Source: Bacteroidota bacterium (lineage in GTDB: Bacteria; Bacteroidota; Bacteroidia; Chitinophagales; JADJOU01). Taken from it: DNA of 64,000 nucleotides. The position numbers and the translations under genes are program-made. The notes beneath the pieces were generated by a model that worked only from the letters and a program-made list of their open reading frames with translations, was not told the origin of the DNA and did no database searches. The stretch covers positions 43,472 through 107,471 of the forward strand of contig JADJOU010000008.1 of assembly GCA_016713645.1 (NCBI GenBank), in the 5' to 3' direction. Positions 52,135 to 61,948 of the stretch are shown here, in pieces. Position 1 is the stretch's first letter, and each line of letters begins with the position of its first letter.

Positions 52135-53513
52135 ATGAGAAAACGATTGCTCTTTTTGATAATGACAATGTCTATTATCCTAGTGAATGCTCAAATTAAT
52201 CCAGCCATAAAAGCGTGGTTGCAAAACACGACCATTAAGGGGAAACATTATGTGAAAAACAATTCGACAGCAATTCCCGACACTTCAACAGCAAATGTTC
52301 AGTTGGTAAGATATTCAGCGGATTGGGTATATATAAATACAAATGGTGTACCAGCATATACAACAGGGCCATTTTTAGATAATAACCCGAGTTTGGCAAG
52401 TTCGCAGAATGCCATTTTTAAAGTGTCTTTAAAACCTCAGAAAAATACAGGAGCGCCCATTCCAACAACGGGAGGGAATATTGGATTGTTTATTAATGGG
52501 GTCGCGCTCTTTGATTACCGCGATGGTGTTTCATGGAACAATGCACAATCTAAACTCTGCGGAGGTCCGATTATGTCACTCCTCCAGGAGGTGATGGAAA
52601 ATGGAATCGCGATGCAGTTGTCGGCGAGCGATTGGGTTTTGATTGTTCCAAAGGACACCCCGCTATGGGCAATTATCACCATCATCAAAACCCCAGTGCA
52701 TTTGATATGGATTTGAATGTCACGTCTACAGTATGTTCGCTCTATGATGCAGATGGATTGTATAAAATTGACTCGACTAAGCACTCCCCGCTTATTGGGT
52801 TTGCTTACGATGGTTTTCCAATTTATGGCGCTTATGCATATAAGGATACCAATGGCATGGGTGCGATTGCGCGGATGAAATCTAGCTATGTCTTGAGAAA
52901 TATTACGGTGAGAACACATTGGGCAGATGGCACTGATGTATTGGATGGTCCTCCTGTAGATGCTACTTATCCTTTGGGATATTTTAGAGAGGATTATGAA
53001 TATGTCCCAACAACAAAGACAGATTATTTGGATGCGAGCAACGGACGTTTTTGTAAGACACCAGAATATCCAAACGGCATTTATTGTTATTTCGCGACTG
53101 TGGATGAAAAGTGGAATTCTGCTTATCCCTATGTCGTCGGACCGAATTTCTATGGGGTGAAAACAACAACTAAACCAACCAGTATCACTGAAACAGTAAC
53201 AATTTATGCTGATTCTGTAGCGACTAAGGACACAACAAAATCGTCGGTATTGGTAAATAAGGGGACATCGTTTGCAAATGTTTTCGCAAGTCGCGATGGA
53301 GAATTTGTCGTTATTCAAATCAACGATTTGGTGAAACAAACGATTTATGTAGAGATGTATAGTATGGATGGCAAATTGATTCAAAAGACATCAGTTTTGC
53401 AGGGAAGCACTATTGCTTATATGGATACAAGAACGCTCTACCAAGGGCTGTATATTGTCAAAATCACCAATGGCACGGAGCATGAAGAGCGAAAGGTGTT
53501 TGTGGAGAAATAG
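52135..53513 (+). pseudogene. YHYH-domain protein with a T9SS type A C-terminal domain, frameshifted
   Basis: ORFs 52135-52716 and 52632-53513. The second frame is open back to DYVTPPGGDGKWNRDAVVGERLGFDCSKGHPAMGNYHHHQNP. The indel is near 52566-52570. The C-terminus (IYVEMYSMDGKLI...GLYIVKI) is CTD-like. Confidence 0.75.
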
Positions 53514-53615
53514 CGCCACGAATGTGTCATCTTTGAATTGAATGAGTGAATTGAACTGAAAGAAAAATCCATCCTTTTTTGGCCAAATGCGTAATATTGA
53601 TTTTAAAATCAAAGT

Positions 53616-54638
53616 ATGCACGCGGGAAAGAATTTTACTTTTAAAGAAGTCGTCCTTTGGACGAGGAGGGATATTTATTTACTCGTCCTTCTTTCAACAG
53701 CAGCGACGTTCTGCTACAAAGTGTTGGGTTGGCAATGGTTGTCTATACCTTGGCTTCCTGTTGCTCTATTGGGCACAGCCGTTGCTTTTGTCGTAGGGTT
53801 TAAGAACAACGCCTCTTACGATAGAATGTGGGAAGCGCGCAAAGCATGGGGCGCTATTGTCAATGCGAGTAGAACGTGGGGCATCATGGTCAAGGATTTT
53901 GTTTCGGACAAACATGCAACGCAGAAGATTTCCGAAGAATTATTAAAGACAGAAAAGGAGAAACTGATTCAATACCATATTGCTTGGTTGGCCGCATTGC
54001 GATTTCAACTCAGAGAGCCGAGGGCTTGGGAGGCAATCTATAAGAAGCACAATTTGGAGTATAAGGAAAAGTGGTTCAAAGTGCATGAACATGGCCATAA
54101 GATGGAAGATGAATTATTATTGCATTTAGACCGAGAAATTGTAGATTCGATTATGACAAAGAGCAATAAGGCTGCTCAAATTATAGGATTGCAATCGGAG
54201 AATTTAAAGCGATTGCTCGACATGGGATTGATTGAAGACTTCAGGCATATGGAGTTGGAGAAAATCCTAGTCGAGTTATACAACCAACAAGGAGCATCTG
54301 AGCGCATTAAGAATTTTCCCTACCCTCGGCAATTTGCCACATTGAACTTGTATTTCATTCGAATATTTATATGCCTTATTCCACTAGGGATGTTGCAAGA
54401 ATTTGAGAAATTGGGTGGCAATATGATTTGGTTATCCATTCCTTTTAGTGCCTTATCTTCGTGGATATTTACAACACTAGAGAAAATCGGAGAATCGACA
54501 GAGAGTCCATTCGAAGGCAGCGCAAACGATGTTCCTATTACTGCGATCAGCAGGGGGATAGAGATAGACTTGAAGGAGATGTTTGAAATGGAGCATATTC
54601 CCGCGAGCATCAAACCAGAGAATAATATTTTAGTTTAA
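53616..54638 (+). CDS. Bestrophin-family (YneE/UPF0187) anion channel
   Basis: 340-aa ORF with N-terminal TM helices followed by FKNNASYDRMWEARKAWG, which is characteristic of bacterial bestrophin homologues. Confidence 0.75.
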   Translation: MHAGKNFTFKEVVLWTRRDIYLLVLLSTAATFCYKVLGWQWLSIPWLPVALLGTAVAFVVGFKNNASYDRMWEARKAWGAIVNASRTWGIMVKDFVSDKHATQKISEELLKTEKEKLIQYHIAWLAALRFQLREPRAWEAIYKKHNLEYKEKWFKVHEHGHKMEDELLLHLDREIVDSIMTKSNKAAQIIGLQSENLKRLLDMGLIEDFRHMELEKILVELYNQQGASERIKNFPYPRQFATLNLYFIRIFICLIPLGMLQEFEKLGGNMIWLSIPFSALSSWIFTTLEKIGESTESPFEGSANDVPITAISRGIEIDLKEMFEMEHIPASIKPENNILV

Positions 54639-54648
54639 ACGAAAGAAT

Positions 54649-55271
54649 ATGTTTGAGAAAATTTTTAAAAACAACGAGAAATGGGTCGCAGAAAAACGCT
54701 CAACGGACCCGGAATATTTTGAGAAGTTGAGTCGTGGACAGCACCCAGAATATTTATACATCGGCTGCTCTGATAGTCGAGTAACCGCAGAAGATTTAAT
54801 GGGCGTGCAGCCAGGAGAAGTCTTTATCCATCGCAATATTGCGAATATGGTTATCAGCATCGACATGAATATTATGTCTGTTTTGAATTATGCGGTGAGA
54901 CATTTGAAAGTCAAGCAGATTATTGTTTGCGGGCATTATTCCTGCGGAGGAGTGAAAGCGGCTATGCAATCGGAGGACATGGGAATTCTCAATCCATGGC
55001 TCAGAAATATTCGCGATGTGTATCGCTTGCATAAAGAGGAGTTAAATGGCATTCAAGAGGAGGAGAAGCGCTATAATCGACTTATTGAACTCAAGTGCAG
55101 GAGCAATGTATTAATCTAATAAAAACAGCAGCGGTTCAAACTGCCCATAAAGAAAGAGGCTTGATGGTGCATGGATGGGTTTTTGATGTGCACACGGGAA
55201 AATTGATCGATTTAAAGATTGACTTTAAAAAGGAGTTGGAGGGAATCATGGAAATCTACCGATTGGATTGA
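54649..55271 (+). pseudogene. Beta-class carbonic anhydrase, frameshifted near the C-terminus
   Basis: The zinc ligand motifs CSDSR and HYSCGG are present. The expected C-terminus (VQEQCINLIKTAAVQTAHKERGLMVHGWVFDVHTGKLIDL) is in the next frame up to the TGA at 55269-55271. The indel is near 55092-55096. Confidence 0.88.
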
Positions 55272-58040
55272 TTATTTCCCTCGGAATAAATGAATATATC
55301 CCCCCCCATTCTTATTTCCAGGAAGCGGTTTTTTGATTTCCCCACCAAGGGTATTGATAAAATAAGAGCCAGAATACATATAAACACCTTCGTTCAAAGC
55401 CTTGCCAGCAAAGGCGTCAACGCCATCCCAATTGATTGAAGGATCTGTTGTTTCGTAGACTAAATTCCCCCAGCGGTTGTATATTTTTAAGTCAATTTTC
55501 GTGACGAAGCGATAGGGCTTGAACGGAGTGTATAAATCATTCGAACCGTCGCCATTGGGGGTAAAAGTATTGGGAAGGTTATAAAAAGGGCAATTGTCAA
55601 TACAGATGCTATTGCTGAACTTGCTGGTGTTTCCCGCTTGGTCAGTGGCTGTAATTTTGTAACAACCCTTTAGGTTATTGACCATGATTTGGTTAAATGA
55701 ATTGATGTTTGCTCCAAAAGAATCGAGTAGAGAATAAGCTTTTGTACTATCTGCTGTATAATAGAGATGGTAGCGCGTCACTCCTTCTCTGCAGGCATCA
55801 TCGCCTTGAATGGTCCACTTGATATAGTTGATATATTGCTCGTTTTTCCATGCTTGGTCAATATACAAACCGCAATCGTTAGTAACGGTGATTGTAGGCG
55901 GACAAGGTGGCACTCTGTCTTGCGGTTTGTCGCACCAGATTTGAGATTTATTTACAAGCGGTGCCGCATATTGGGGATTATTGTATGTTCCGTGTGCTTC
56001 TACATAATAGCAGTAGGTAGAATCGTTTATCAAAAGAGTGTCCAAATAGTTCAGGCTTTGAACGCGCTTTATGAAATTGAATGGGGCAATTTTATTAAAA
56101 TCTTGTCGATAGATATCGTATTCATAATTTGTCCAAGGGACGATTTCTGACCAAGAGAGCAGAAGCGATTGATTCTTGGGCTGTGATGATAGTCTGATTG
56201 ATGAAGCGATATCCGATTCGCCAATACTATCATTGTTTTTTCCAAAAAAGCCAACTTTATAGGAGAAGGATTTTCCTTCGGTATTTTGGTTTAGGTCAAT
56301 AAAGCTGGTGTCATTGGCGAGATAAAAAGGAGCGGGGGTGGTTGTTTTTATCAATGCAAATGAATTCCCCGTTTGGCCATCAGAGCGATAGAGTTTAAAT
56401 GAATATGGTCCGGGATTAAAGTTGGTATCCAAATTTCCTGCTGTAACTTTGGGTTTTGCCCAGCGAACAAAAACTTGACCCGTGGCAGTGTTTGTCGTTT
56501 GAATATCGACATTGAGCATGACTGGAATATCGAGTTTTAGTTCGATACAAACTTCATTAGAAGGCGCGCTGAGGCTTTCCTCGATAATTTGTCCGCCACC
56601 TAATGAGCGTTTCGCAAAATTGGCAACAACGCGATAGCTGTATTTCTGCCCAGTTCGAGCCGTTAAATCCGTATAAGTATATGCTTTAATTTTATCGGCA
56701 ATTTTCGTATAGCCTCGTTGCGCTGCACCAATTTCGCAATAGTTTGGTAGGAAGCTATCACAACCGCTCTTGCGCCAAATGGAGAATCCTTCAAACTCAC
56801 TGTGGTCAAAGCATTTATAGGGGTTTTGCCAATTTAAAACGACTTTTCTTCCCTGCGTAATTCCTGTAAGTAATTTGGGTTCTGCAGGAAGTACGTTGAT
56901 TTTCCATAGTTCTTCGTCATATAGAAATCGGGTAGTTCCGTTGATGGTATAATCGTCATGGGCTTTAAGCAAAACATCATAGGGGTTTTTGCGAATGAAA
57001 TCGCAAGTAGGAGTCCATCTAAACATGGCTGAAACGGGATTTCCCACAGCGGGAGAATCAAAAGTAGCAATGGGAGAATTGAAAATAAAGGGCGCTCCTA
57101 ATGCTGTGAGATAAACAAGGTCTCTCTTTACAAGCCCAATAACGTTGGGGTCTGAGGCGGTTACATTGATGTTGAGGTTGTCTCCAACACGAATGCAAGT
57201 ATCGTTGGGCTTATTAATTTGTGGAGGGTCATTGTTTTCGCAAGTCGTGAATATTTGCATATCGCGAATCATGGTACTCAACTTGATTCCCTTTCTATAT
57301 TCTGAAATTCTTACGGCGATTACAAAAATACAAGGGCATTTCTGAGGCGTAATCCATTTGATTTCCCCTGTCTTTGAATTAATAGAAAATTTATTGTTTG
57401 GTCCTGGAATAGATTGATCGGGAAAAGTGTATCCAGGCAAATTGGCAATAGGATCGTTTTGTCTTCTACCAAGCGGAAACATCAATTCATAGGCAATGCT
57501 ATCGCCTTCAAGGTCCACTGCGAGGGGATTGTAAACAAAAGTATCGTTGCTATTGGCGTATAATATCGGGGATTGACAAATACGGGTCCTTGATTGAGGC
57601 CGAATATAGAGACGTCTTGAATGAAAATAGTGTCGGTGATAACGGTTGATAAATAGCGGGAATCGCCATTTTGGACATTGCATAAATCATGCACTCTGTC
57701 TCTGAGTTCCACTTTCATTACATAATTTGATGGACCAGCGTAGACATGTGTGGCTTTGAAGATATTAAGTTTGACGCTATCTTTGGGAAGACCGATAAAA
57801 ACGCCATTTCCATTGCTTCTCTGCAGCACATCACTAGAGCCATCACCCCAAGAAATAGTCAATGTGTCGGGATCAAATGCGGTTCGAAACTTCGTATAAC
57901 TATTAATTTGAACAGCAAATTCATTTAACCCAATTTCTCTTGTATTGAATTTCAAGTGCAATACCATGGGTTCCGTAGACGGATTTATTCGCGCAAATGA
58001 CGATTAGGAAAACGAGAAGAGATTTATATAATTTTTCCAT
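55272..58040 (-). pseudogene. Large T9SS type B (gliding motility-associated C-terminal domain) protein with two frameshifts
   Basis: The signal peptide (MEKLYKSLLVFLIVICANKSVYG, ATG 58040), the middle part (ORF 57482-57967) and the main body (ORF 55272-57683) lie in alternating frames. The C-terminus (NTFTPNGDGSNDLY...IYNRWGNLVYE...WDG) is the type B sorting domain. Confidence 0.8.
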
Positions 58041-58050
58041 TTTCAGGGTA

Positions 58051-59175
58051 TTAGATGGGCATTTCGTAAATGGCATATTTTTTATAAACTTGTCCGTTAA
58101 CGACAGCAATTCCGCAATTCATGGCTGGGTTGTCCTCTAGAATCCAACTCGCTTCTGCAAACTTAATACCTCGCTCCATGCCATTTTTGATGATTTCATA
58201 ATAGAGCAAGGAGTCTAAGCCTTTGTTTCTCCATTCAGGCAATATGCCCAATAGTACAACGCGAATCCACTTGATTTCTTTCTTTTTCGTAAAGATTTTG
58301 ATAAAATTGAATGGGAATAAATTTCCGTTGAAAGATTTGAAAATATAGTTGAAATCGTGAAGTGCTAGTGCCATCCCGACATCTTCGCCTTTTTCATTGA
58401 CGAGGAATGGAAATAAGCCTGGGTCGACGGCCATTTTGAGTTCAGAAGCCATTAAATTAATTTCTTCATCGGACATGGGCGCAAAGCCCCAATTATTCTC
58501 CCAAGACTTGTTGTAGATCTTTTTGATTTGTTCAATCTCGTAGGGTAGGTTTTTGAGGTTGATGGGGCGCACGGTTACTTTGCTTCTTTCTTTGGATATG
58601 TCTTTGACGCGGGGGAATTTCTCGTTTTTCAAAACACCCTCTTCATCGAATTTATAGGCTAAAAGGCCCATGGCTTTCTTGAGCCCATAGTTTTCAACCA
58701 ATTTGAGATAATAGGGGGGATTATAGGTCATCATGATTTTTGGGGGATCGTCAAAACCCTCGACGAGCAGCCCAGCTTCATAGTTGGTTGAAGGGTTGAC
58801 GGGCCCTTGCATCGTATTTAGAGATCGATCCTGAAGCCAGCGCTTAGCCTCATCAAAAAGAGCATTGGCTACTTCTTGGTCGTCGATGCATTCGAAAAAG
58901 CCCCAAAAGCCTGTTTTGCAAGAATGGTATTCATTGAATTGTGTGTTTTGAATGGCGGCAATGCGGCCCACTGCCTTTCCGTGTTTAAATGCCATAAAGC
59001 ACTGAATCGAATTTTTCGCATAGAAAGGATGTTTCTTCACGTCTAATCTAGCGTTGACGTCCATTCTAAGAGGCGCAACCCAATTGGGCTCATTGACATA
59101 AATTTCCCGATCAAAATTGACAAATTGCTTCTTTTCCTTACTATTATCTAGGTGTATGACTTTTACCTCAATCAT
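58051..59175 (-). CDS. Hypothetical protein, GNAT-like N-acetyltransferase fold suspected
   Basis: 374-aa ORF. It resembles a widespread Bacteroidota family that I recall being annotated as N-acetyltransferase. It ends 10 nt upstream of the type B CTD gene. Confidence 0.45.
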   Translation of the reverse strand: MIEVKVIHLDNSKEKKQFVNFDREIYVNEPNWVAPLRMDVNARLDVKKHPFYAKNSIQCFMAFKHGKAVGRIAAIQNTQFNEYHSCKTGFWGFFECIDDQEVANALFDEAKRWLQDRSLNTMQGPVNPSTNYEAGLLVEGFDDPPKIMMTYNPPYYLKLVENYGLKKAMGLLAYKFDEEGVLKNEKFPRVKDISKERSKVTVRPINLKNLPYEIEQIKKIYNKSWENNWGFAPMSDEEINLMASELKMAVDPGLFPFLVNEKGEDVGMALALHDFNYIFKSFNGNLFPFNFIKIFTKKKEIKWIRVVLLGILPEWRNKGLDSLLYYEIIKNGMERGIKFAEASWILEDNPAMNCGIAVVNGQVYKKYAIYEMPI

Positions 59176-59309
59176 TACTTACATTTAAATGTACGAAAAT
59201 AGATAAAATGGTTGAGGATGGGAGATTTTTTATTTGTCTAGGCGGGAATAATTTGAAATTAAAGCATTGAAAATATCGGGAAAAAAAAGGTTAAAATGGA
59301 AAATATTTT

Positions 59310-59317
59310 TACCTTTG
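59310..59317 (+). promoter_or_regulatory. Putative -7 box TACCTTTG of the atp operon
   Basis: A TAnnTTTG ending 28 nt upstream of the atpB GTG. Confidence 0.35.
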
Positions 59318-59345
59318 CCCCGCAAAAAATTAAATAAAGAGCACC

Positions 59346-60446
59346 GTGAGGATTTTTAGAGTCAATATTAGCAAGTGTTTCGCCGCTTTTTTAGCGTTTT
59401 TTTTAGTTTTCAACACAGTTGTTGGACAACACGAAGCAAGTGCCAATCCTGCGCATGGTTCTTCGAGTCACACAGCTGATTCTGCCAAGTCAGAAAAGTT
59501 TGATCCTGTGCCGATTATCATGCATCACGTAGCAGATGCCAATGAATTTCATATTCTAGGAGATATGGTGATGCCTTTGCCGATTATTGTTTACAATAAA
59601 ACGACAGGCGCTTGGTTTACAGGAATGTCATCTATGTTTCACGCGCATCATGGCGATGGAACTGAAGAAGTAGGAGGCTATAAAATGGAGCATAGCCGCG
59701 TTCACCCAGTTAATCACGAGGAACATATCATCGATTTTTCAATCACCAAGAATGTCTTTGTCATGTTGTTGGGCGTTGTTCTATTGACAATATTGTTTTT
59801 CTCTATGTCTAGCAAGTATAGAGCACAACAAGGCAAAGCGCCGAGTGGATTTCAATCTTTGGTGGAGCCAATTTTCCAGTTTGTCGTAGATGATATCGCC
59901 AAACAAAACATTGGAAAGAATTACCAAAAATTCTCCGTTTATTTGGTTTGTGTGTTTTTCTTTATCTTGATATGCAATTTATTGGGATTGATTCCATTCT
60001 TCCCTGGTTCGGCGAATGTTTCAGGAAATATTTCATTTACAGTTGTTTTGGCATTTATTACATTCTTACTCATCAATCTATTTGCAAAGAAAGATTATTG
60101 GGTACACATGTTTGCTATGCCGGGTGTTCCAAAGGCCTTGTTGGTTATTCTAACTCCGATTGAGGTTTTGGGTATGTTTATCAAGCCTATCGCATTGATG
60201 CTGCGTCTCTTTGGAAATATAACAGGAGGTCACATCGCTATTTTGAGTATTACATCCATGGTATTTATCTTGGGTAAAGTAGGTGCGAGTTATGGTGGAG
60301 CTGCTGCTGGTGGGATTATTGCTTTACCGATGTTGTTGTTTGTCAATGCAATGGAATTGTTTGTGGCGTTTTTGCAGGCATATGTATTTACATTATTGAG
60401 TGCGATATTTATAGGCATTGCTCAAGAAGAACATGCGCATCATTAA
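59346..60446 (+). CDS. atpB: F0F1 ATP synthase subunit a
   Basis: 366-aa multi-TM ORF with the conserved LRLFGNITGGH arginine region. Confidence 0.93.
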   Translation: MRIFRVNISKCFAAFLAFFLVFNTVVGQHEASANPAHGSSSHTADSAKSEKFDPVPIIMHHVADANEFHILGDMVMPLPIIVYNKTTGAWFTGMSSMFHAHHGDGTEEVGGYKMEHSRVHPVNHEEHIIDFSITKNVFVMLLGVVLLTILFFSMSSKYRAQQGKAPSGFQSLVEPIFQFVVDDIAKQNIGKNYQKFSVYLVCVFFFILICNLLGLIPFFPGSANVSGNISFTVVLAFITFLLINLFAKKDYWVHMFAMPGVPKALLVILTPIEVLGMFIKPIALMLRLFGNITGGHIAILSITSMVFILGKVGASYGGAAAGGIIALPMLLFVNAMELFVAFLQAYVFTLLSAIFIGIAQEEHAHH

Positions 60447-60500
60447 TAGCGGGGAGTCTAGCATTAGGCAAAAGAAATAGTAAACAGACATGGAGTTTAA

Positions 60501-60776
<276 letters not shown>

Positions 60777-60794
60777 TACCAGATCAAGAGATTA

Positions 60795-60835
60795 AAACCG
60801 TATAAACGGGGTTGCCATTTATACGGTTTATTTTA
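60795..60835 (+). terminator. Strong intra-operon hairpin after atpE (attenuator/terminator-like)
   Basis: A 12-bp stem (AAACCGTATAAA at 60795-60806 pairs with TTTATACGGTTT at 60818-60829), followed by ATTTT. Confidence 0.6.
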
Positions 60836-60862
60836 AAAAATTATTGAAGCAAATATAAATAT

Positions 60863-61372
60863 ATGATTTTCTTATTCGATCCTATCAGTCTTATTACCCC
60901 AGATTTAGGGTATGTATTTTGGACCACTTTGGCCTTTGTCGGCTTTTGGTTTTTAATTGGCAAATTTGCCGTGAGACCTATTCAAAACTCTATTGAGTCT
61001 AGAAATAAGTCTATTGAGGATTCTTTGGCACAAGCGGAAATCGCTCGCCGAGAAATTGCTACCATGCAAGCTAAGAACGAAGACCTACTCAAGGAAGCGA
61101 GAGAAGAGCGCACGCGCATTATGAATGAGGCGAAAGCAACAGCAGATAAATTTAGAGCAGAGCAAATCGAGAGAGCAAAAGCAGATGCGGCTAAATTGTT
61201 GAATGATGCTAAAACAGAAATCGATAACCAGAAGAAGCAAGCCATGACAGAAGTGAAGAACGAAGTGGGTAAATTGGCACTTGAAATTTCTGAAAAAATT
61301 ATCCGCCAACAGCTTTCTAATGATGCTGCACAGCAAGAATTGGTAAAGAAAATGGTTGCAGAATTGAATTAA
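60863..61372 (+). CDS. atpF: F0F1 ATP synthase subunit b
   Basis: 169-aa ORF with one N-terminal TM helix and a long charged helix. Confidence 0.88.
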   Translation: MIFLFDPISLITPDLGYVFWTTLAFVGFWFLIGKFAVRPIQNSIESRNKSIEDSLAQAEIARREIATMQAKNEDLLKEAREERTRIMNEAKATADKFRAEQIERAKADAAKLLNDAKTEIDNQKKQAMTEVKNEVGKLALEISEKIIRQQLSNDAAQQELVKKMVAELN

Positions 61373-61402
61373 TCTTTTTGAATAGAAATTAAATAATATT
61401 TC

Positions 61403-61924
61403 GTGTCAGTAGAACAAATTACCATCCGATATGCCAAAGCGCTTTTTGATTTAGCAGAATCAAAGAATGCTCTTGATGCCGTTATGAAAGATGTACAAAT
61501 GATTCATCAATCTATTAAAGGCAGCAATGAATTGCATACAGCATACCAAAGTCCTGTGATTAAGGCCGATAAAAAGACGGCTTTTACCAAGGCAATATTT
61601 GGCGGAAAGATCAGCGAGATGAGCAGTAATTTTTTACAATTATTGATTACCAAGCGCAGAGAACAATATATATTCGAAGTAATGGAATCTTTCATTGGAT
61701 TGTATAATACCAAGAATAATATCATGCCTGTTAAGTTGCGAACAGCAGTTGCGGTAACAGATGATGTTATCAAAGCGATTCAATCATCTATCAAGGGAAA
61801 TATACAATTGGAGACCAGTGTAGATCCATCGTTGATAGGCGGCTATGTGCTAGAATACGACAATAAAATGCTAGATGCGAGCGTATCTAGAAGTTTAGAA
61901 AAAATGAGACAAAAATTTAACTAA
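61403..61924 (+). CDS. atpH: F0F1 ATP synthase subunit delta (OSCP)
   Basis: 173-aa ORF with RYAKALFDLA at the N-terminus and GGYVLEYDNKMLDASV at the C-terminus. Confidence 0.88.
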   Translation: MSVEQITIRYAKALFDLAESKNALDAVMKDVQMIHQSIKGSNELHTAYQSPVIKADKKTAFTKAIFGGKISEMSSNFLQLLITKRREQYIFEVMESFIGLYNTKNNIMPVKLRTAVAVTDDVIKAIQSSIKGNIQLETSVDPSLIGGYVLEYDNKMLDASVSRSLEKMRQKFN

Positions 61925-61948
61925 TAATATCACTACTAATAATTAATT

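Noticed and set aside
52515-53384. 289-aa ORF on the minus strand
   Set aside because: It is antisense to the YHYH/T9SS CTD gene. It has no recognisable motifs and a Cys/Ile/Arg-rich shadow composition.
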